A model generated the notes under the pieces. That model made no database searches. It was given only the letters and a program-made list of their open reading frames with translations, and had not been told where the DNA came from. The translations under genes and the position numbers were made by a program. From Malacoraja senta (taxonomy: Eukaryota), in assembly GCA_038087875.1 (NCBI GenBank), contig JAXLNO010005073.1:124001-188000 (forward strand): a DNA stretch of 64,000 bases, written 5' to 3'. Of the stretch, positions 13,891-25,930 are shown piece after piece; position 1 is the stretch's first letter; every line of letters begins with the position of its first letter.

Positions 13891-14384
13891 ACGCTAACTC
13901 TTTTGTCTTGCTGATGTTGAGGGATGGATTGTTATCCTGACCATAGATGCAGGAGCAGGCCATTCGGCCATTCACGACAGAAGGTTCTCAATGTCTTTCC
14001 CATATTCTATCTCATAGTTGCTGCTCATGTGGCTGAAATACTGTTCTGACCAGTAGACGGACGTCTGGATCGCACTGGCCTGAGACCCGGCCACAAGTTG
14101 TGGGTGGCAAGGTCATGACCCCGAGGGACATTGGTGTCAAGGGTCACGGTGGAGGGAATGTTCTGACCAATTCTATCGTCTGAGAAGTGAATAGTGATGA
14201 TTTGTTAATTCATCATGGCTGAAGCAGGTGGGCTCACTTCTGACTAGACTTTACTGTGGACATTTAAACAGGAACAGTAAACTTTCTTTATTAACAATGA
14301 ATGACCCAGAGAAAGGAGAATGTTACTCTTGGAAGTTCATAGTCACAGCATGGAAACAGGCCCTTCCTTCGGCCCAACATGTCC

Positions 14385-16700
14385 GCCCCGACCAACATAC
14401 CCCATCTACACTAGTCCCACCCTGACCAACATGCCCCATCTACACTAGTCCCACCCCGACCAACACGCTCCATCTACACTAGTCCCACCCCGACCAACAT
14501 GCCCCATCTACCCTAGTCTCACCCCGACCAACATGCCCCATCTACACTAGTCCCACCCTGACCAACATGCCCCATCTACACTAGTCCCACCCCGACCAAC
14601 ATGCCCCAGCTACACTAGTCCCACCCCAAACAACATGCCCCATCTACACCAGTCCCACCCTGACCAACATGCCCCATCTACACTAGTCCCACCCCGACCA
14701 AGATGCCACATGTACACTAGTCCCACCCCGACCAACATGCCACATGTACACTAGTCCCACCCCGACCAACATGCCCCATCTACACTAGTCCCACCCCGAC
14801 GAACAAGCCCCATCTACACTAGTCCCACCCCGACCAACATGCCACATCTACACTAGTCCCAGCCCGACCAACATGCCCCATCTACACTAGTCCCACCCCG
14901 ACCAACATGCCCCATCTACACTAGTCCCACCCCAACCAACATGCCCGATCTACATTAGTCACACCCTAGACCATCATGCCCCGTATACACAAGTCCCACC
15001 CCGACCAACATGCCCCATCTACACTAGTCCCACCCGACCAACATGCCCCATCTACACTAGTCCCACCCCGACTAACATGCCCCATCTACACTAGTCCTAC
15101 CCCGACCAACATGCCCCATCTACACTAGTCCCACTCCGACCAACATGCCCCATCTACACTAGTCCCACCCCGACCAACATGCCCCATCTACACTAGTCCC
15201 ACCGCGACAAACATGCCCCATCTACACTAGTCCCACCCCGACCAACATGCCCCATCTACACAAGTCCCACCCCGACCAACATGCCCCATCTACACTGGTC
15301 CCACCCCGACCAACATGCCCCATCTACACTAGTCCCACCCCGACCAACATGCCCCATCTACACTAGTCCCACCCCGACCAACATGCCCCATCTACACTAG
15401 TCCCATCCTGACCAACATGCCCCATCTACACTAGTCCCACCCCGACCAACATGCCCCATCTACACTAGTCCCACCCCGACCAACATGCCCCATCTACACT
15501 AGTCCCACCCCGACCAACATGCCCCGTCTACACTAGTCCCACCCCGACCAACACGCCCCATCTACACTAGTCCCACCCCGACCAACATGCCCCATCTACC
15601 CTAGTCTCACCCCGACCAACATGCCCCATCTACACTAGTCCCACCCTGACCAACATGCCCCATCTACACTAGTCCCACCCCGACCAACATGCCCCAGCTA
15701 CACTAGTCCCACCCCGAACAACATGCCCCATCTACACCAGTCCCACCCTGACCAACATGCCCCATCTACACTAGTCCCACCCCGATCAAGATGCCACATG
15801 TACACTAGTCCCACCCCGACCAACATGCCACATGTACACTAGTCCCACCCCGACCAACATGCCCCATCTACACTAGTCCCACCCCGACGAACATGCCCCA
15901 TCTACACTAGTCCCACCCCGACCAACGTGCCACATCTACACTAGTCCCAGCCCGACCAACATGCCCCATCTACACTAGTCCCACCCCGACCAACATGCCC
16001 CATCTACACTAGCCCCACCCCAACCAACATGCCCGATCTACATTAGTCCCACCCTAGACCAACATGCCCCGTATACACAAGTCCCACCCCGACCAACATG
16101 CCCCATCTACACTAGTCCCACCCGACCAACATGCCCCATCTACACTAGTCCCACCCCGACTAACATGCCCCATCTACACTAGTCCTACCCCGACCAACAT
16201 TCCCCATCTACACTAGTCCCACTCCGACCAACATTCCCCATCTACACTAGTCCCACCCCGACCAACATGCCCCATCTACACTAGTCCCACCCCGACCAAC
16301 ATGCCCCATCTACACTAATCCCACCCCGACCAACATGCCCCATCTACACTAGTCGCACCCCGACCAACATGCCCCATCTACACTAATCCCACCCCAACCA
16401 ACATGCCCCATCTACACAAGTCCCACCCCGACCAACATGCCCCATCTACACTAGTCCCACCCCGACCAACGTGCCCCATCTACACTAGTCCCACCCCGAC
16501 CAACATGCCCCATCTACACTAGTCCCACCCCGACCAACGTGCCCCATCTACACTAGTCCCACCCCGACCAACATGCCCCATCTACACTAATCCCACCCCA
16601 ACCAACATGACCCATCTACACAAGTCCCACCCCGACCAACATGCCCCATCTACACTAGACCCACCCCGACCATCATGCCCCATCTACACTAGTCCCACTT
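14385..16700. repeat. 34-bp minisatellite, ~68 copies, with a 1088-bp higher-order duplication
   Basis: Unit cccgaccaacatgccccatctacactagtcccac; variant units recur at offset 1088. Confidence 0.97.
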
Positions 16701-16924
16701 GCCAGCGTTTGACCCATATCCCTCCAAACCTGTCCTATCCAAGTGTCTCTTAAACGTTGTGATAGTCCCTGCCTCAACTACCTCCTCCAGCAGCTCATTC
16801 CATACACCCACCATCCTCTGTGTGGAAATGTTGCCCCTCAGATTGACATTATTAATGTGGACCATTTGTGCACAACTCTGCTGGTGTGAGTAATAAATTA
16901 AATGATAGACAGCAAAAATACACA

Positions 16925-17215
16925 GTTGTGCAGCGGTAGAGTTGCTGCCTCACAGCGCCAGAGACCCGGGTTCCATCCTCAATACGGGTGCTGTCTGTAC
17001 GGAGTTTGCACGTTCTCCCCGTGACCTGCGTGGGTTTTCTCCGGGTGCTCCGGTTTCCTTCCGCATTCGAAAGACCTGCTGGTTTGTAGGTTAATTGGCT
17101 TCTGTAAAATTGTCCCTAATGTGTGTAGGATGGAGCTAGTATACGGGGTGATCACTGGTCGGCGATGACTTGTTGCGCCGAAGGGCGTGTTTCTGCGCAG
17201 TATCTCTAAAATCTA
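16925..17215 (+). mobile_element. tRNA-derived SINE, HE1-like
   Basis: tRNA-like head (gcagcggtagag...gacccgggttccatcc) followed by the conserved SINE body. Confidence 0.85.
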
Positions 17216-17569
17216 AACAATACCCGGTGACTTGGCCTCCACCGCCCTCTGTGGCAATGAATTCCACAGATTCACCACCCTCTGGCTAAAGAAATTCCTC
17301 GTCATCTCCTTTCTAAAGGCATGAGTGGGAAAGGCAGAGAGGGTGAGGGGCCAGACGTGGGCATGTGGGACTAGCTTCGATAGGCATGGCTGTGTGTTTC
17401 TGTGCTGTGGGACTGACGGGGCTACACAGGGTAGTAGTTTGATGCTTCAGCCTGCAGCAACCCAGGAGAACTGTGTTCCAGATGTTTCATTAGTTTGTTG
17501 TTCTGCACATCGATCGGGAGACGATGAAATCTCTCGTTCACACGCAGCGGCCAGAGCAGTGTACATACA

Positions 17570-19210
17570 GTGATGACCAGCCGCTCCATTCTCTCAGCAT
17601 ATGACAGTCCCGTCATCCCGGGAATTAACCTTGTAAACCTACGCTGCACTCCCTCAATAGCAAGAATGTCCTTCCTCATATTAGGGGACCAAAACTGCAC
17701 ACAATACTCCAGGTGTGGTCTCACTAGGGCTCTGTACAAATGCAGAAGGACCTCTTTGCTCCTATATTCGATTCTTCTTGTTATAAAGGCCAACATGCTA
17801 TTCGCTTTCTTCACTGCCTGCTGTACCTGCATGCTTACTTTCATAGCCTGATGAACAAGGACCCCCAGATCCCGTTGTACTTCTCCTTTTCCCAACTTGA
17901 CACCATTTAGATAGCAATCTCCCTTCCTGTTTTTGCTACCAAAGTGGATAACCTCACATTTATCCGCATTAAACTTCATCTGCCATGCATCTGCCCACTC
18001 CCCCAACCTGTCCAAGTCACCCTGCATTCTCATTGCATCCTCCTCACAGTTTACACTGCCACCCAGCTTTGTGTCATCTGCAAATTTGCTAATGTTACTT
18101 TGAATCTCTTCATCCAAATCATTGATGTATATTGTAAATAGCTGCGGAACCAGACCGAGCCTTGCCGTACCCCAGTAGTCACTGCCTGCCATTCTGAAAG
18201 GGACCCATTAATCCCTACTCTTTGTTTCCTGTCTGCCAATCACTTCTCTATCCATGTCAGCACTCTACCCCCAATACCATTTGCCCTAATTTTGCCCACT
18301 AATCTCCTATGTGGGACCTTATCAAATGCTTTCTGAAAGTCCAGGTACACTACATCCACTGGCTCTCCCTTGTCCATTTTCCTAGTTACATCTTAAAAAA
18401 ATTCCAGAAGATTGGTCAAGCATGATTTCCCCTTCGTATATCCATGCTAACTCAGACCGATCCTGTTACTGCTATCCAAATGTGCGGCTATTTCATCTTT
18501 TATAATTGACTCCAGCATCTTCCCCACCGCCGATGTCAGGCTAACTGGTCTATAATGCCCTGTTTTCTCTCTCGCTCCTTTCTTGATAAGTGGGATGACA
18601 TTAGCTATCCTCCAATCCACAGGAACTGATCCTGAATCTATTGAACATTGGAAAATGATCACCAATGCGTCCACTATTTCTAGACCCACCTCCATGAGGA
18701 CCTTGGGATGCAGACCATCAGGCCCAGGGGATTTATCATCCTTCAGTCTCATTAGACTACCCAATACTATTTCTCGCCTAATGAACATTTCTTTCAGTTC
18801 CTCTACCCCCTTAGATCCTCTGTCCTCCAGTATTTCTGGGAGATTGTTTGAGTCTTCCTTAGTGAAGACAGATCGGAAGTACCTATTCAACTCTTCTGCC
18901 ATTTCCTTGTTGCCCATAATAATTTCACCCACGTCTGCCTTAAAGGGACCCACATTTGACTTTGCTACTCTTTTTCCCTTAACATATCTAAAGAAGCTTT
19001 TACTGTCCTTCTTTATATTCCTGGCCAGCTTCCCTTCGTACTTCATCTTTTCAGCCCGTATTGCCCGTTTTGTTTCCTTCTGTTGTCCTATGAAAGTTTC
19101 CCAATCCTCTGGCTTCCGGCTACTCTTTGCTGTGTTGTACAACTTTTCTTTTAGTTTTATTCTATCCCTAACTTCTCTTGTCAGCCACGGTTGCCTCCCA
19201 CTCCCCTTAG
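17570..19210 (-). mobile_element. CR1 LINE, 5'- and 3'-truncated, frameshifted
   Basis: ORFs 17422-18192 and 18447-19142 contain KFADD and YRPVSLTS. Confidence 0.93.
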
Positions 19211-19213
19211 TTG

Positions 19214-19335
19214 TGAAAAAATCAGGAAGTAAAACAGCCCAGAGATCAAAATAGACGAATCATTGTGGTTGAATTGCATAAAAGCTCTTAATGCAGCCTT
19301 AACCATTGCTCTGAATTTTGCTTCAGGTCCTGAAT
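19214..19335 (+). promoter_or_regulatory. ETS (CAGGAAGT 19223-19230) + RUNX (TGTGGTT 19264-19270) module
   Basis: Motifs are visible directly, an inverted near-copy lies at 22254-22372, and it sits ~440 bp upstream of the leader-exon copy. Confidence 0.4.
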
Positions 19336-19775
19336 GTGATATCAGTTTGTATGTTGGTTACACCAAGCTTCAGTGCGTCCTTCAACACGTTTTCCTGCAG
19401 TCTGGAGTGGGTCAAGTGGCAACATTCCCTGATGGACCACACTTTGACATATCGTTGCTTCATCCCTCAGCACAGTAACAGTGTGTGGGAGATGGGACAA
19501 TGTTCCTGTCCTTATAATCCAGCCTTTGACCCACAGTGAGCAGCACCAGAACAGAAGTATTGCAATTGAAGTTTTATCTTTAGAAACAAAATAGACACTT
19601 CCTCACTCTTACATTCAATGGCCTTAGCATTGAAGGCAAGCATACCATACGCCTTCTTCACTACCCTAACTACTTGTGCTGCCACCTTCCGTGAGCTATC
19701 AACTTGGACTCCAAATGCACTGAAGACATGTGTCTCAAACTGGCTCAGTCTAAAATTCTATGTTATTTCCCACAG

Positions 19776-19850
19776 GTAATCCACAAAATGAGGCCCAGGT
19801 TTTTCTGCAGCAGTTTGCCAGCTGGTTTGATGTTTGGTGTATTTGTTTTT
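19776..19850 (+). pseudogene. Second, truncated copy of the leader exon (MRPRFFCSSLPAGLMFGVFVF...)
   Basis: Acceptor and exon align with 28931-29035. The sequence is cut by an LTR-like insertion before the donor. Confidence 0.7.
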
Positions 19851-21208
19851 ATCAGAACTGAACGAGGAGGAGGACTCAAATGCAGGCTCAGACACAGGGC
19901 AGATCAGTTTCCAGAGTTTAATCGGTCCAAGTCAGTACACAGGTAAGCAAAAACGGAGACAACGGTACAATCTAGGAGCAGGCAAAAACAGTGGTTGAAG
20001 ACAGGCACTGGTGGAGATAATAAGGTCAACAGATTTGTAGAGCTGGCACGAGGTGATACAAATTAACATACACAACGAACTGGCAATGAGAACTAAAACA
20101 CAAAGGGCTTAAATACACAGCCTAAAGGCTCTGTCTCACGGTGTTGCGGTCATCGGCGGTGAAGCGCGGCTTCGCCTGTAGAGGGGACCGCACGGCAACG
20201 GCGAGAGCGCCGAGCCTATGCCACGGGAGCGGCGCACGGGTGCTACACGGGGGCCGAGTGATTTAAATACGGCTGGTCCCACGAGCTTGCGGTAAGTAAA
20301 AAAAAAGGGCGGGCCGACTGCGATTACGTCATTTTGGATCTGCGGGGCTGTGGCGGCGGCCGTGCTGATCGCGGCGCCGTAGCGGTGGCTGTGGCGGCGG
20401 CCGTGCCGCACACGTGTCTCACTAGCGGAGGCTGTGGCGGCGGCTATGCTGATCGCGGCGTTGTAGCGGTGGCTGTCGCGGCGGCCGTGCCGCACACGTG
20501 TCTCACTAGCGGCGGCTGTGGCGGCGGCTGTGCTGAGCGCGGCGCTGTAGCGGTGGCTGTGGCGGCGGCTGTACCGCACACTTGTCTCACTAGCGGCGGC
20601 TGTGCTGAGCGCGGCGCTGTAGCGGTGGCTGTGGCAGCGGCCGTGCCGCACACGTGCCTCACTGGCGGAGGCTGTGGCGGCGGCTGTGATGAGCGCGCCG
20701 CTGTAGCGGTGGCTGTGTCGGCGGCCGTGCCGCACACGTGCCTCACTGGCGGAGGCTGTGGCGGTGCAAGTTCGACGCACGGCGCTCGTGCCACACTAGC
20801 GGCGGCCGTGCTGCACTCGTGCCTCACTGGCGGAGGCTGTGCGGTAGGGACATATTTTTGAACAGTGTTGGTTTTATTTTAGCACCGTGCGGTGTTGGGA
20901 ACAACGCCGCACGCCCCGGAATTATGCGTTTGACCGAGTGCGCGGTCTATGGCAGCCCAGGAGCGGTAGATTCTTCCTGTTTCGCCGCCAATGACCGCAG
21001 ACTCGTGAGACAGGCGTTTAACAGGGGATAACGAGACACAGGTGAAACACATCAGGGCGGGGCCTACAATCACACGAGGGGAAAGGACATGACAGGAAAT
21101 GGGACCTGAAACGAGAGGAGATGTGAGACACCAAAATAAAACAAGCATGCAACCAATAATACTAAAAACAATAAGAAACAGAAACTAGATCAAACGTGAG
21201 ACCTGACA
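19850..21208. mobile_element. Solo-LTR-like element (~460 bp net) interrupted by a MITE
   Basis: Ends are tatca...ctgaca (TGTCA/TGACA-like) and the sequence reads through across the MITE insertion. Confidence 0.55.
20126..21018. mobile_element. PIF/Harbinger-like MITE with GC-rich ~80-bp internal tandem repeats
   Basis: Imperfect ~40-bp TIRs (ctgtctcacg......tgcggtcat.ggcgg.gaa) with TAA on both sides (20123-20125 and 21019-21021). Confidence 0.75.
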
Positions 21209-21624
21209 CAGTGAGAACTAGAATGCAACAAGAGACACAACAAGAAATAACTCAACTGAATAAATCTCATCTTTAACGTTCAAATTGTTGCTGCATTTTA
21301 AGAGTTATTCACATTTTAGGCATTAATATCCCTTTTCCACTTGCCATGCCCGTCAGCTGTGCCTGCGCAGTAATGCCTGCATCTTCTACATCACAATGGG
21401 AACCCAATGGGCGGGAATGGATGCTCTGTCGGAGAGCCGCTAATAATGGATGCGGGAAGGGGGATGGAGTGAGTACGTGGGGGGGGAGGAAGGGCAAGGA
21501 GCGGAGTGGGGGGTGAGATCAGGAGCGTCACAACCAGAATACGTCAGCCACGCCTGCGTAGTTGGGGCTATGGGTGAGTGGTGGAATATTGCGTTGGGGG
21601 ACCAGGCCTCCTGTGTCTGAATGA

Positions 21625-22190
21625 ACTTAGTCGAGTGAACATTAAACTACTTTCCCTGCAACAGCAGCCAACTAGGATGACTTTAACCAGGGGATGTAAC
21701 CTGGTCCAAAACAAAGTGCTGGAGATACTTGGCAGATCAGGCACCATCTACCCGACCACAAAGGGAATGGACAGATGCTGTCGTTTCCTGTTGGGACCCT
21801 TTCAGACTGATGGAGTCGGACAGAGAAAGTGGGAAAGAGGTGGGAGCAGGACACAGCCTGTTACGTGATTAGTGGATACAGGGGAGCGGGTGATGGGTTG
21901 TGACATTGGCTAGGGGTGACAAGGAGACAAAAGGTGCAAGAGATGAGAAGAGCGAAACGTAAAGCTGAAGGGAGGGATACGGGTGGAAGGGGATAGAGTG
22001 AAATATGAGACTGGTTTGGGAGGTGAGCATACACAGGGAAGGAGCAGAGTGACCAAGGTGTTGAGGGAAGTGTTCACACCAGGGGGGGGATGCAGGGAAA
22101 GAGGGGGTTCCCATCACCAGGGTGGGGGTGCAGGGAAAGAGCGGGTTCCCATCACCAGGGTGGGGATTCAGGGAAAGAGGGAGCTCTTAG
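21625..22190. repeat. Third copy of the 6760-7300 / 61550-62060 segment
   Basis: Direct sequence similarity, including the start of the 39-bp repeat. Confidence 0.85.
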
Positions 22191-22253
22191 CCAAGGAAAG
22201 GTGAAGGAAAATGTCAATGTGTGAGAGTTGGCAGCCCTGTATTCAGGCCCTGT

Positions 22254-22372
22254 ATTCAGGACCTGATGCAAAATTCAGAGCAATGGTCAAGGCTGCAGGA
22301 AGAGCTGCCTTGCAATTTAACCACAATGATTCGTCTATTATGAGCTCTGGGCTGTTTCACTTCCTGTTTTTT
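22254..22372 (-). promoter_or_regulatory. Inverted copy of the ETS+RUNX module
   Basis: The reverse complement aligns with 19214-19335 and both motifs are retained. Confidence 0.4.
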
Positions 22373-25300
22373 ATCTCAACTAAATTTCACAATGTGTAAA
22401 TAAACATCAGAAGTGTGAAGGACAAAGAAAACATCCCAAAACCTATTGAAACATGCAAAAGAGAATCAGGGGTGGATTATTTGCCACTTTGAGCCTGTTC
22501 AATCATTCCAAACAATCTCATATTCCAATTCTCTCCCGATAAATTTTGATGCATTTTATGTCAAATAAATCTATCCCCTACTTAACAGGATTCAGTGACC
22601 TGCCATCTACGATTTTCTGTGGGGTGGATTTCAATGGCTCACCATATTCACAATGAAGAAATGTCTCAGCCCTAAATGTTTCACCCCTGATCTTGAGTCC
22701 AAAACCCCTTGTTCCAGATCCTACAGTCACAGGAAATATCTTCATGTATCGAGTCTGTCTAGCTCTGCTTTGAATTTTGTTTAATTTAGAGAGGTCATGT
22801 TTAAGTCTTCCAAACTCCAGTGACTACTGACTCAGTCAGCTCTTCCTCTCCTTACACATTAGTCCTGCCATTCCAGGAATCAGTCTGGTCAGCCTTGGCT
22901 GCATTACATCTGTGGCTGAAAAACCCTTTCTCCGGTAAGGAGAGCACAAAGGCATGTTTGGGGAGACATGGGCCAGGCACAGCCAGTTGTGATGGGGTCA
23001 GTTGGACATCTTGGTCAGCATGTGTGCGTTGGGTCGATGTGTCTATTTCCATGCTCTACAGCTCTATGACTCTCTGCTGCATCTGTGTATATTTGGCAAG
23101 TAACTCAACTGACTGACATCACCTGGAAACCTCTTTGCATCCTCTTTGCTTCTCCTACTTACTCTCAGTTTCATGTCATCAAACTTAGAAACATTAAATT
23201 TGTTTCCTTGTCAATACCATTGATGAACATTGAAAATAATGGACTCAAGAACTGGATTGATTCTGGATCATTCATCACCAACTGCCACCCTAACGAAGTC
23301 TTCTCTCTGTTTCCTGTCTGCCAAATAATTTTTAATTCATGCTTGTTTAATATTGCCTAATCCACATATTAAAAAATTCAAAGACCTTCTGAAAATTGGA
23401 CACATCCTCTTGTTCTCCCTGAAACAAACAAAAACAATCTGCTGGAGGGACTCAGTGGGTGAGGCAGCATCTGTCGAGGAAAATGTGCAGATGACCCTGT
23501 ATCGTGACCCTTCTTCAGTTGCCAATGGTCATCTTTCCATTTACTTCCACAGATGATTCCTGATCCACAAATTCCCTCCAGCAGTTTGCTCTTTGCTCGT
23601 GTTTCCAGAATCTGCAAACTCTTGGGTCTCCACATCTTCTCCCTTATCTATTCTACATGGTACATCACCATCATCTCCAATAGATTTGTTTGCCATGATT
23701 TCACTTACATAAATTCAAAAATACATTGTCTTATCGCATAAATTATTTTAAAATATCCAAACACTGTTTTGGAACCTGGAAACAGCAAACCAGGTTGGAG
23801 ATTGAAATATTTTCATCCAACAAGTAGCAAACAGGAAATTTAATATGTAGAAAACAATAAAGAGCAGTAATTTAGTAGAGAGAAACACCACAATAGACAA
23901 TAGACAATAGGAACAATAGAAACACCACTATTTTATTTTTTAATCAGTGGGAAGTAGCAACAATAATTTTAAAAATTACCCTTTTTCGTCAAGATACCAA
24001 CAATGCAATAGTTAGTTATTATCCTTATAATAAATGCATCCTCAGCACACATGCCCCATGTTCTGTTCTCATAGTAATAAAAAAATTACATAAATAGAAT
24101 TTCCACGGAATTACTTTAAAATGTAAAGGGTAAATAGAGAAGTTGTTTCTGAAGATAACATCAGCGTAAAAGATGAAAGGATCTGTGTTAGGTCCTGTTT
24201 ACACTTCTGCTGTGAAACTCAGCAAGTGCCTCAACGGAGACATTTGCACCAGTTAAGACAAGGGGTGATGTATAGAATGTGAGAATGACAGACCAATGTG
24301 GTTGGAGGGGCAATGAGATGAATTACGAAGAGACAGATTCAGGAGCTGGGGGAAATATCAAAACACAGGGTGAGCAGCAATAAAAATGAATTGTATTTCT
24401 CTGCAGAATTCACACAATATGGGGGAAATGAGTTGTTAACCCGGATTAAGGAAGGAGCCTGATTAGATTTCTTGTCACAATGAAGACGATACTAACTCCT
24501 GAGCTGATGATGAGCTGCACTTTGTGATTCCCACCAGAATTTTTGCTTATAAATCTATGTTTTTGGATGTGGGCCTCAGTGCTTAGGCTTCCATTTTAAC
24601 CCATGAGGATGTGACCATCCCTATTTCACCACTGAGGTGTTTAGTAAATGATAGGAGTAGGCCCCACAAATAACGAAGGAGCAGCAATGTATTTCCAAGT
24701 TATGATGGTGACTAACTGGGTCAATTTGTGCCACTCCACTAACTTGACCAAGCAATTCTGGGTATGGATTGTGGATATATTTTCTAGCATCAATGCAGTC
24801 ATCAATGTAATGGGGATAGAGTTCGGGGATAGTGCCAGTGTACACCTGGAACACAATGTATCTCTCGTGTCTATATTTCTAGGCTGTGAAGATCTTGGTG
24901 CAACTCTGTGAGGTTGTGCTTGGAGAACAACAAATGACAGAGGGAAAAACTAGTGATTGTGAAAATGTTTGCTGAGGTTCTACCTTGAGTGAAATTCAGA
25001 ACTGAGGAGAAAATTGCTCTCAATATTGGACTTACTTTGAAAATTTGTAGTAGTTTGATTATCATATGCAGCTCATTGGTGACCTCCTAAGTCCAACCTC
25101 CACCATGATCTGATGCAATGAATATTGGTTGATCTATCGGACCAACTACAGCATGAACAGGCAAGAATATTGACCGTTCCATTTATTACAAAACAACAGA
25201 TTCCGTCATTTGCCATTATCATAGACCTTTCAAACATCACACAGTCATCTGCTTGAATATGTGTTACTGGAAACTATTCTAACTTCAGTTGTGAATAGCA

Positions 25301-25664
25301 TTCATTATACTTGTCTTTCTCCAGACTGGTTAGCACTCTGCAAAAGCTTTTCTCTTTACCTCAGAAACGTGACACTGAACTTAACTGAATTGAACTGGAA
25401 GGGACGTGATTTATTCCCAGAGGTTGTGAAGGTCTTGGTGCAAACTGTGCGGTTTGATTTGGAGAAAACTGAAAGTTGCAGAAGAAATTGGATGATGATG
25501 AGGCTGGTGACTGGTGGGTTTACCTTGTGTGAAACTCGGGAGATAATTACACTCAACATTGGAATAACTGAGTAAATACAGCAATGTTATTATTACATCT
25601 GCTCGTTTGTGTTCTCCTCAACCCAAAACTCACATCGTTTTAAACTGCCAAACTACCCAAATCA

Positions 25665-25930
25665 CAGTGGCACAGATGTTAGAGCAGCTGCCTCACAGAG
25701 CCGGAGACCAGGGTTCAATCCTGACCTCGGGTGGTCTCTGGGTGGAGATAGCACGCTCCCTGTGGCCACGAATGAGTGGGGTTGTAGGGTACTTAACCTC
25801 CATAAATTGCCTGTAGTGTGTAGGGAGCGGACGGGAAAGTGAGATAACAGAACGAGTCAAACGGGTGATCAGAGGTCGGCACGGACAGAGGGCTGAACGG
25901 CAACTTTCCATGCTGTGTCTCAAAACTAAA
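25665..25930 (+). mobile_element. Degenerate tRNA-derived SINE
   Basis: Head gcagctgcctcacagagccggagaccagggttcaatcc. Confidence 0.65.

Noticed and set aside
14385-16700. CRISPR-like regular ~34-bp repeats
   Set aside because: Units are head-to-tail with no unique spacers, there are no cas genes, and the context is eukaryotic.
16925-17000. tRNA-like heads here and at 25665, 41538 and 45750
   Set aside because: These are SINE 5' regions with no complete cloverleaf, and they continue into the SINE body.
20136-21031. Ala/Gly-rich ORFs suggesting a CpG-island gene
   Set aside because: They lie wholly within a TIR/TAA-bounded MITE and follow its tandem repeats.
25261-25575. ORF with a faint NLR/LRR flavour (LRNVTLNLTELNW; GCEDL-like in sister blocks)
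   Set aside because: There is no LxxLxLxxN periodicity, and the three homologous blocks do not share an open frame.
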